This document shows positions 29,101 through 38,300 of a stretch of DNA of 64,000 nucleotides, one piece after another. This DNA comes from a virus (lineage: Duplodnaviria; Caudoviricetes), in IMG/VR virus record IMGVR_UViG_3300045596_000094, positions 192,001-256,000 of that record. One strand, given 5' to 3'. The translations under genes were made by a program, and so were the position numbers. The notes under the pieces were generated by a model. The model was given only the letters and a program-made list of their open reading frames with translations, had not been told where the DNA came from and searched no databases. How positions within the stretch are numbered: position 1 is the first letter of the stretch; every line of letters starts with the position of its first letter.

Positions 29101-30644
29101 TCTGGAGTAATCTTTAACTCTTCAGCAGAAATAGGGGCGTGTTCTGCGATCGATTCCGTGGCACTGAATGGGGATGGGAGTTGTTCAAAACGACGAGCCA
29201 GACCTTTTGCTCTTCGGATTTCAGCTGCAGACAATAAACCCTCTGACGCAAGGTTATCTGCCAAACGATCAATGCGTTCCGTATGGCTGAACTCTTCAGG
29301 TTTATAGGTGACGTAATCGCGATGAACATCTAGAGCATCAGCCTCACGCTGAGCATCTAAAATCTCCAACTGCTTCAGGTCATCTTCCATTTGCTGACCA
29401 AGTAACTCGTTTTCAACTAAGTCACCAACATCGGGATTATCGTATTTCCCAACCTGATCCGCCAAACCACGTTCAACCCCTGTAACATCACGACCTTTTG
29501 GCTCTGTCTTTTTAATGTTTACATTAATTGGAGCTTTTGTGATGCCGGTGGCGTCGAGTTTGATGTCGGTAGTTGGATCGAGTTTATTTTCTAACAAGAT
29601 ACGGGTGGTTTCACTTAACTTTTCTTGTTGTTCTTCGGTTAAGGCAATGCCCGCCTTCTGCATTTCTTTAATTTCTTCAACCGTATCTTCATCTACAATA
29701 ACAACATCATCAGCAACAGTACCAAATTGTTGTAAAGACATGAAGTGTCGAAGAATAACCAATTGCGCGCGGTCTTCAGAGATAGAACCTTTGTCCTTAA
29801 CATCACGTTTAATCCATGACGCCAGTTTCCCTAAGTTCAACACAGAGAAACGATCATCTACAGCAACCAACAGATCCACACGAGAATGTAGTTCTTCAGG
29901 GATACGGTCAAAAATCGATAGATGATGGTTTTTACCGGCGTACAACCACAATTGGAGAATCCAGAATCGCCCATCGGTCGCGAAGTTTTCACGACGCATT
30001 TGGTCTAATGGGATTTCCTTGTCCTGATTCTTTAACCATTGATTTTCAGCTTCTCTTAAACGGGAAGCAGCTGGGATAGTCGATGGTGTTTCGATTAATA
30101 GGAATTGTTGGCGAGCACTATTATTCAACTCTTCTACCAAACCATCAATGACTGCAGAGAAATAGTTGTATCGGCGAATGAAGTAGATCCCTGGCGCAGT
30201 TTTATAGCGATAAGAATCATCTATGGCCGAATAACTAATAACCTTAGGAACAACTCTGAGTTCTTCCAATGCTCGGTTTGCCATCACGTATTTGAAACGA
30301 GTATTTTTCGCAACAAACTTACGAATCTCTTTTACAAAGAGGCGTGTTTTACGAATAGGTTTACCAATAACATTATTACCGTAGAAGCCTACAGCATCGA
30401 ATGCAATACGGTCACCCATATTGACCAGTAGAGGGTCATCTTCAGTAATACCAAAGGCACTATTTTCACGAGGGGTGTAGTGTAGTGTGGAATATAAAGG
30501 CATGACGAAACCGTCAAGTTTATTTTTTCGAAGATTGACTAATTGAGACGTACTTCGAATCCCGTGATTCCGGTAGAACTCATTGTACTGGGGAAGTGAA
30601 GCCTCTAAAGAAACTTCTAGATCCGTCAAGTGATTAGAGATCAT
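26172..30644 (-). CDS. rpoB: Virion RNA polymerase beta subunit, N-terminal part (phiKZ gp178-like)
   Basis: VVFRGAGGRS, GVVSEANVDNGSVG, DTDDSKRV, LEDACSVS, GVGDKLVFGNQMKSIISKV; start placed at the TAATG overlap. Confidence 0.93.
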   Translation of the reverse strand: MISNHLTDLEVSLEASLPQYNEFYRNHGIRSTSQLVNLRKNKLDGFVMPLYSTLHYTPRENSAFGITEDDPLLVNMGDRIAFDAVGFYGNNVIGKPIRKTRLFVKEIRKFVAKNTRFKYVMANRALEELRVVPKVISYSAIDDSYRYKTAPGIYFIRRYNYFSAVIDGLVEELNNSARQQFLLIETPSTIPAASRLREAENQWLKNQDKEIPLDQMRRENFATDGRFWILQLWLYAGKNHHLSIFDRIPEELHSRVDLLVAVDDRFSVLNLGKLASWIKRDVKDKGSISEDRAQLVILRHFMSLQQFGTVADDVVIVDEDTVEEIKEMQKAGIALTEEQQEKLSETTRILLENKLDPTTDIKLDATGITKAPINVNIKKTEPKGRDVTGVERGLADQVGKYDNPDVGDLVENELLGQQMEDDLKQLEILDAQREADALDVHRDYVTYKPEEFSHTERIDRLADNLASEGLLSAAEIRRAKGLARRFEQLPSPFSATESIAEHAPISAEELKITPESTRLLQRDLVGVFDKSMMNYSLKDFRSRYIKDVLSKDIENCMLHVQQSGIAVTDFKAERKDDYLSSVMELSVQFTPLVGSPTTVKMSFPIPDKDGIFKANNVLYSMRSQRVDLPIRKVAQNSVALTSYFSKMFVNRTDRMQFNFERWIIQQINLAAMDPNSKVGEVIYEDVFNRDVKLPYSYTSIARHISALSYGETKLSFNYANIQIVFPESVLKLLNIEKQIPVGYREGSSESAVLYLEQNDELFVRYINSGKVESLGDIPRFLGMESSKRPVEYAEVRLMGTPVPVVFLLGYKIGLGNLIKTTGVTCRRLPRRGKGNIFADYEFPVYFEDEILVFDKRERKAELIFNGLNRLKNVIKGLSVYSFDKPDIYARCIKALGGEFRHTKFYDLMYSSWVDHMTRELLIEMEEPTDMVLLFLSAVDKLADDQHKDPNGIEGSYIRGYRRIVGMMYEQLFKEIRRYNNAPLSKSSRLELNPKAVWFSIIQDQTVGPIEESNPIHAIKEKEVVVFRGAGGRSADSMTAKHRQFAKDAVGVVSEANVDNGSVGTVTYLTADPNIVSLSGINKPLEDPASAGKTKLQSTAMLISAGSDTDDSKRVTFTNVMMTSSTFLYNSVPNRVRTGGELTIAYRTNSSWVNVAQMGGKVKSVSSKFLEVIYDDGTEEVFKIGRKFGTWSGKILPHDIVSHVKVGEKFEKDDILTYNSHYFQPDTIDPRQIIFKRGMTAKMLMVESTETLEDACSVSRGFGGKLTTGATEKRYVKIPFDHDVELIAKVGDKVDYETILCNLRPPMSGLGNHYSEDAKEALDLLNTLTPRADHHGIIDRMEVIYTGDIDHMSESLQEIVSRSDAELYRENKALGIPVKSAYVDPSYRINNTDITKDHVVICFYVTETVGAGVGDKLVFGNQMKSIISKVVDKPYVSERGDVIDVAFSRQSIANRIVNSMDLIATTNTVLSLIEKEVVDAYYGKPLDNPSK

Positions 30645-32299
30645 TATTTTCTCCACATTAATCCAACAATAACACGTTCCACTGTTTCCACACGTGGTGA
30701 GTTTAAGAACGAGCCTTTAGGGTTGAGGTATGAGTTGGCTTTAGAAAGATAATCGTTGACTTTACGAATAGATTCATCCATGTATAACCCAATCTGTGAC
30801 ATAGTGTCACCATCGAAGTCACCACCCAACCCAGCTAGTCGCGACGGGTTTGGTGAAGCGGTTTCAACATACGTACCCACATCAAAATCTGGATACTCGT
30901 AAGCGTGGTCAATCGGATTGTTGTCGAAGAACTTCTTCAAATTCCATTCTTCATCTAATTCCCAACGAGCAACCCCTTGAGTGGTGGTCTTCACGTAGAA
31001 ATAAGAAACATAAATCGAACCTAAGCCCGCTACAGGGTAACGAGTAGAGGTCATCGGATATTTGTTCCACTCACGATAACCTGAAACATACAGAAGTTCA
31101 GCAAAAGTGATTGGATGTACATCACGACGAGGTAATTCAGTGGGTAGTTCATCTATATCGTTAAAGAAACGAAATACATTCTTACCGTTTTTCTGACCAC
31201 GATAAACTAAACCGAGGTAGTTACCCGCAATTGTAACAGGTGCACCACGAACAGAACGGTCAAAGAAATTAGAGATGATTTTCTCTATCCCTTCAGGGGT
31301 GTTGAATCGGTCAAACTCTTTACGAGGTACGTTAACAACCTCACGTTTTAATGTTTTCGGGTTGGTTGTATACGCACGCCCGTCACCAGCTTCAAACGCA
31401 TCCTTTAAATATCCGTTTAAGATCAAATGCTGAGCCACTGGTAGTAGTGCTTTCAATGTTTGATACAAACCAACAACGGTACTGTTTAGTTTTGGGGCAT
31501 TCTTATCGCCCAAATGTCTAACAGAGGTATCCATCGCCGAGATAACATTTCGCGTACCATTAAACACACCGCGAGAATAATATCGCTTATATGCAAATCC
31601 ACGTTTACCTTCGTAGAGATTCCAAAGATATTCAAAGATAGCATTAAAAGCATTCTGCATGGTAAGGCGTGTGGTGTTAAAAGCACCAGAAGTAGAATCA
31701 GCATTATCTGGAATCGCATTTGCCGAAGCTAATAACGAACGATAACGTCCGTTGATCTCATCCTCGTTAGTTCTTCCATCCGCCCCAATATAGGCGTCAC
31801 GCAAACCTGCTGGAATAACTGGAATCAAACGGCAGAAAGCACGACCACTCTCTAAAGCGTTAGTAACTGTCTTTACGCTTTCTTCACGTTTGGCCGAACC
31901 CGTGAGTTTGAATTCTATTTTTGGTAAATGGTTTAAAAAGAAAGCATAGCCCGTTTGACCAGAGATCATATCTGAGGGTTCGAGGTCTTTTGTAACTGGA
32001 TCGAAAATGGCATACTGCCGACCAGCAATAATGTCCCCGTAAATGGAACGGAGTCTAACAATCTTCTTGTAAATGAAAGGGTGAAGGATTGGGATTTTTA
32101 CATCAATCTTTGCAAATCGGTTATCTCGTTCCTGAGAACCGACACGGCCAAAGATCTCCGTAGAGAAAAGTCCATCCTGATGAAAGTTCCCTGTTCCACC
32201 ATCATAGGTGTCAAGCACCTTGATGGGCATTAGGTTCTTCATCGAAGATTCAGACATGTCCATTAACGAAAGGTTAACTGGCATTTCTAAACGATTCAT
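30644..32299 (-). CDS. rpoC: Virion RNA polymerase beta' subunit, N-terminal/catalytic part (phiKZ gp180-like)
   Basis: GLFSTEIFG, IPVIPAGLRD, TRYPV, LAGLGGDFDGD catalytic motif. Confidence 0.95.
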   Translation of the reverse strand: MNRLEMPVNLSLMDMSESSMKNLMPIKVLDTYDGGTGNFHQDGLFSTEIFGRVGSQERDNRFAKIDVKIPILHPFIYKKIVRLRSIYGDIIAGRQYAIFDPVTKDLEPSDMISGQTGYAFFLNHLPKIEFKLTGSAKREESVKTVTNALESGRAFCRLIPVIPAGLRDAYIGADGRTNEDEINGRYRSLLASANAIPDNADSTSGAFNTTRLTMQNAFNAIFEYLWNLYEGKRGFAYKRYYSRGVFNGTRNVISAMDTSVRHLGDKNAPKLNSTVVGLYQTLKALLPVAQHLILNGYLKDAFEAGDGRAYTTNPKTLKREVVNVPRKEFDRFNTPEGIEKIISNFFDRSVRGAPVTIAGNYLGLVYRGQKNGKNVFRFFNDIDELPTELPRRDVHPITFAELLYVSGYREWNKYPMTSTRYPVAGLGSIYVSYFYVKTTTQGVARWELDEEWNLKKFFDNNPIDHAYEYPDFDVGTYVETASPNPSRLAGLGGDFDGDTMSQIGLYMDESIRKVNDYLSKANSYLNPKGSFLNSPRVETVERVIVGLMWRK

Positions 32300-32356
32300 G
32301 ATTTTGCCTCGTTATCGGGTATTTTGTGATATCACACTTATAGAGTGAGCTATAGA

Positions 32357-35300
32357 ATGGTTAAGAAAACTGAACATTACGATTTCGACTTCCCTGAATG
32401 GGATGACTTCGGAGATAATGGGGAAGGTGGCTTCCGTGAGTCTAGTAAGAAGGGAGGTAAACGTAAAGCTATCACAGAATTCGGTGGTTCATTTTTATCA
32501 GGTATTAAAAAGAATCTATTAAACAAAGATACGCAACGTAAATTTATTGAAAATGCGATGCCGAGTTCAGGTTATACCCGTTTATTTGATTCGGCACATA
32601 TGGTGAAAGATTCCATATCAGATCTCTCGTATAGCCTAAAAGGTGACATCCGAAAAGTCTCTGATGATTTTAGAGAACCTTTAAAAACATTAGAGAGAGC
32701 ACATCGTGATAATCGCTTTGTACCGAAGAAGATCTCGGAAAAGATTCGCGGTTGGGAATCTAATAGTTACGGGAATACCTCTTCTGGTTCTCGTAAAGAT
32801 AAGTTTGACTCAGACATGGCGGGGATCTTCGATGGATTCGACACTGCCCAGGCTGCAAGCACTGTTCAAACGAAGAAAGCGATCCGTGAGTCGTCGGATA
32901 AAGCTACTGCTGTAGGTGTAATGAATACCAAAGCGACGTTAGCTGTTGCTCAAGGGATCAATGAAACCAATGCGGGAATTGGGCGTCTAGTTGCCTTTAA
33001 TGAGAAGGTTACTGGTCGAGCGATGCGCAAGCAGCTTGAATTACAATTCAAGCAATACGTGACTGCCCGTGAACAATTAGATGTACTCCAACAAATGCGC
33101 GATCTTCAATCGAAGAGTTTCGATTCTTTAGTGAAGAACACGGGGTTACCTGAAGCCGTTAAAGTTACTAACTTTGAAATGGCAAATCAACAACTTAAAC
33201 GTCAGTTGTTCGGTGCAGCAAACCGACGTGTAGCCAATAGTTTTAAAGATATTGGCGCACGTATGTTAGAAGACTTGAAAGTCAATGCTTCGTCATTTAT
33301 TGATCTTGCCGGTGTTGGTTTAGCGGGAGGTCTCAGCGGTTATGCAAATAGTGTTGAAAATAAAGCCTTGGACCGAGAAATGGGTCTCGGGGAATCACGT
33401 GCTCGTAAAGCCGGAAATCTAGGTGGTCAAGCAGCTACGTGGCTTTTGTCTTCTTACGGCGGTAAAATGTTCAATAAGAAGTTTGGAAATAATCCGAATA
33501 TTAAGAAATACTCGGATATGCTTTTGAATGCCTCAGATAACTCAGCGCACTGGTTCAATCGCGTTGTTAATGAAAGAACAGACAGTCAAGTAGCAAATGC
33601 TCTAATAGACATTCTCGGTCTGGATAAATATACCTTCAAAGAGAACCCTAAAGTTCGTGGCTCGGCAGTCCCAGATCTCGAGAAACAAGCTTTCTTTAAC
33701 GTACAGTCCCAATTAGCGTTGACTGAAGTAATCCCAGGTCATTTAAGAACGATGTCTCGTTTCTTGGAAATAATGGCAACGGGTAATCAAGATGTTGAGA
33801 CTGAACGATACGATTACGAAACTGGTAAGTTTGTTCGCGATAGTGCATTGGTGGATCGTTACAATAAACGTTTATTTGGTGCGGAACGTTCTAAGACCGT
33901 AAAAGAGAACGTGGATAATGTTATCCGTGAAATGGATACAAAGAATCAATTGTCGCCTAAGGCGAAACGTGAGCTACGTAGACATCTTCTAGATACTGCA
34001 CGTTATGATCAGAAGAACGTAGATATCCGTGCTTTGATTTCTGATGATTCACCATTGAGCTCTGATGTTGCAGATGAAGTTGCCCGTGTGTTAGGTGGTG
34101 TCGATAACTTCAATATGGATCCATCAGCACCGTATGACCGTTCGTCTCACAAAGACATGTTCAAGTCATCGATTGAAGGATCAAATGAATATCATAGTCG
34201 TACTCGAAATGTAAATGAAGCAATGCGTAATCTTCGTGATGTGTTGCCGAATAACATGCAGGCTGCGATTGATATTTCAAGACAAGGACATACTGATCTC
34301 CTAGAGCGCATCGGAGCGATCAATTATGTTGGCGATACCTACAATCTAGATCGCCAGAAAGAAATGGATTATTACCTATCTGGTGGTGCTAAGTCAACCA
34401 ATTACACTTCAGCACCAAATACGAATACTCGTTCAACCATGGGGCCACCTAACTTTAGAGGACCTATCAATCCATACATGGGTGGTTCGAAAGTATCGGA
34501 CGGGGTATTTGATCAACCCACTACAACAGTAGGTTCAGACGCTCTCCAATTGCTCCAAGAGAACATCACAGCAGCAATAGAGCGTAACAGTACTGTTGAC
34601 CTCCATCGCATCTCTAACGAGCTCCTAGACGCAATTAGAATGCAGTTGGAAATGGGTATAAATACCAACGCAGGTGATTCCTCTGACGGAACAACCGCTA
34701 GAAATACATCACGTAGAAACTCTTGGTTTAGTAAAGTCATGACCCCTTTCCGTAAAGGTTTGGGTGGTATGGCTACTTACACTAAAACGATGTATGGTAA
34801 AGTCATTCCTGGAATCGTTAAAGCTCCTTTCAAACTAGCACGCTCTGCTTGGGATGGATTAAAGAGTTTAGGTGGTGCTAAGGGTGTTTATGACATTACT
34901 GCGAAGAAAGTCAAAGATACCGTTGGTGACGTCTACGCGATGGGTAAGAGCTCCCCATTATTAGAGAAATCTAAAATGGTGGCTGGCGAGTATTACGATC
35001 AGGCAACTGGTAAACACATCAAAACCTTTAAAGACATCCAAGGTGCGGTAGTGGATAAAGAAGGTAAGGTTGTCCTTACCATCGAAGACTTTAAACAAGG
35101 GTTATTCACTGTACGCAACGGTAAACCTGTTCGTTTATTAACGGGCGCTTTAGGTTTAGCATGGAAGGGTACAAAAGGTTTATTGACCTTAGGCACTAAA
35201 CCATATGCTTGGATGGGTCGCGGTTTATTTGGCGCAGCCAAAATTGCCGGTAAAATGTTATTTGGGACGAGTAAGTTCCAAGACGTCTACGTACCAGGAG

Positions 35301-38300
35301 AGCGTTCACCGCGACTAATGGCTTCAGTCTTAGCCGCTGGTGGGTATTTCAATGAAGATGGATCTGTGATCAAATCCATTGACGACATTAAAGGGGATAT
35401 CAAGGATGCAACTGGTAAGGTTCGTTTAACCTTAGCTGAGATGACTGAGGGTCTTGTAGATTCTGCAGGGAAACCTTTGGAGTCATTCAAGAAGAAATCA
35501 GCGAGTCTCTTAGGTATTGCGGGCGGAGCATCAGTGCTTGGTGCTAAGGCAGCTTGGGCAATTGGATCTGGCGCTGCTAAACTTTACGGAAAAGCTTTAC
35601 GTGGTATGGGGCGTGGCGCTAAGGGAATATTCTCATCTATCTTCGGTCGCAAGAAAGGGCAAAATGCTGGAATTGGTGGGTTCGATGACTTCACCATGAA
35701 AATGCTTGCTCACCAAGCAGATAAGGTTGATCAGATCTATGACCTATTGGATAAACGCCTTCCTGAAAACAAACGTCGTTTCGACGATATAGATGGTGAT
35801 GGTTTACGTGAGGGGTCTCGTGAATCATGGTTATCTAAACTTGCTAACCGTACTGAAGAAAAGACAGACGAAAAGAAACCAGAAGATAAGAAACAAAAAG
35901 GTATCTTCGGTTTACTCATGGCTGCTGTTAGTGGTATCGGTGGTTTAGTTGGCACCTTAAAAGGTTGGGCTTCCCGTATCTTTGGCTTAATGCGTGCGAC
36001 CGCAATGATGCGTGCTGGTGGTTCACTCATGAGTGGTTTAGGTGGATTGCTTGGTGGTCTAGGTGGTCGTCGCGGTAGAGCGGGGCGTGCTGCTGGAAGA
36101 ACCGCTAGTCGTGCTGCCCGTGCAGGTAGCTTTGTGAAAAACAATGCTGGTAAGATGCTTGGTTTTGGTCTACTGGCAGGTGCTGCAGGAATGGCGTTCG
36201 GCGGTATCGGATCTGAAGGTACTTCTGCGTTTAACTTACTCGGTAAAGCTGAGCAGGAAGCATTAAAAGAATCCGGTGCATTATCGGGCGGTGATCCGTT
36301 AGCGGGAGCTGATGGTGGTGGTTCCGATCAAGGTGGTTCTGGTGGTTTCTGGGATAACCTTAAGAACGCTGTCATTGGTGGTGTTGGTGGTGAAGCCGCT
36401 GCTATTCTAGGTGGTATGGGGCTGAGCGCGCTAATCGGTAAGGTGACTGGTCGTAAGGGCGGTACACCAAGTGCAGTTAAGCCTAGTGCCAAACCGACAG
36501 GGATGTTAGGGAAAGCTGGTAACTTCTTATTTAAGAATAAGTACGGGCGACTTCTAACGGCTGGGGCTTCGGCTGCTGGACTCTATACCGGGATGAATGC
36601 ACTTACCGGTGACGACTCTGAGGTTAATCCGCAAACAGCTGCGCTGAAATCCATGGGTATTACCATGGGGATAGATGCGGGATTGGGCTATGGTGTTCCG
36701 TGGCTAATGGATAAGTTCGGTAAAGGTGGTAGAGCCGCGGGTACCGCCGCTGAAGCTGCTCAGGCTGCTTCCGGTGTAGGTACTGCTGCAACAGCTGCCG
36801 GTGCTGCTTCTAAGGCAGGGATGTTAGCTCGATTAGGTGGTGGTTTAGGTAAGGCTGCACGTTTCGCTGGTAAAGCAGCAATACCACTAACACTCGCGAT
36901 GGGTGCTATGGATGCGTATAACACCGAAGGAACATTTGGAGATAAAGCCGGTGCTTTTGCTGGTTCTGTAGCTCCAGGGTTACTCGGTATTGGCGCGTTG
37001 AAGTTAGCAGCTAATCCATTAGCTCGTGCTGCAATGTGGCAGGGTGCGCGTAGTCTCGCTGCGGGCGCAGGTAGTCTAATTGCGGGTACGGTTGGGATGC
37101 CTGTTGCATTAACAGCAGCAGCTATTGCGGGTGCAGGATATCTTGGCTATAAGGCTTACAAACGTTGGTTTAAGAAAGATAAACAAGCGTTAGTTAGATT
37201 CCGTATGGCTCAGTATGGTTTTGACCTTGATAAGAAAGAACGTTCAGATCTACTTCTCCAATTAGAGAAATTAGCGATGGACTGCGTGACTATCAAAGGG
37301 GAACAGGCTGAATTTAACAAGAACCTTTCAGCTGAGAAGATCACGAGCTTATTCGGTATTCTTGCCGAAGACCGCACTTCTTTGAAACAGTTTGAAGCTT
37401 GGTTCATGTATCGTTTCCGCCCTGTCTTCTTAAAGGCATACGGTGTAAACTACAAGATCACCAAGAAGAAAGACCTACACGCTGCCGATGACAACATGGC
37501 ACGTGAAGAGAAGATGCAATATCTTCAAAACACCAATAGTTTCTTCGAAACTCCATCGCCATATAAGGTAACTATTAGTCCTTTCCCTGACGAAGGTAAA
37601 ACCCCGTATAGCGAAGAAGATGTAGCTGACGCATACAAGAAAGCCATGCGTGATGTGAAGAAAGAGAAAACTCGTGCTGAGGTCGATAAAGACAAAGCCA
37701 AGGATGATCTAGATAAGGAAGTGAACCGTAGAGAGACTGCTAAAATCGATAATCGTTTAGACTGGGAACAGGAAGAACGAAATCGGACTAAGCAAGATCT
37801 TGCTGCTCGAGCTGAAAAGTCTGGGTCGATTGTAGATAAGGCAAAATCGATGGCGTATAACGCCTACGATAAAATCGCCGGTTCTATCTTTGGTAAAGCG
37901 TTGTCCAATATCGGTGCAGGTATCTCAGATGCTGCTGGTAGTGCTTACACCATGTTCACTGGAAATGTGAATATGTCTAAGTCTCAGAAGCAGTGGCAGA
38001 TGATGGTCTATAAAGCTTTCAAAACTGCTGGTTTCTCTGATATGCAGTCACGTATTCTCACAGCAGAGGTAGGGCGTGAGAACTCGTATAATCCACAACA
38101 TCTCTTTGGTGGTCATGCCGACCCACATCGTGGTGCTAACCTAGGGATGATCTCTTGGCAGGGGGATCGTAGAACCCGTTTAGCTGATCGTTTGAGAAAG
38201 GCAGGTTTATTAACTGGTGGTGATCGCATCGCTCCAGGGCAACCAGCACTTGATGAGCAAGCTCGGTATGTGATGTGGGAATTAAGAAACACTCATGCGA

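Noticed and set aside
27292-31732. Plus-strand ORFs inside the vRNAP genes
   Set aside because: Antisense to well-supported core genes; expected from codon bias
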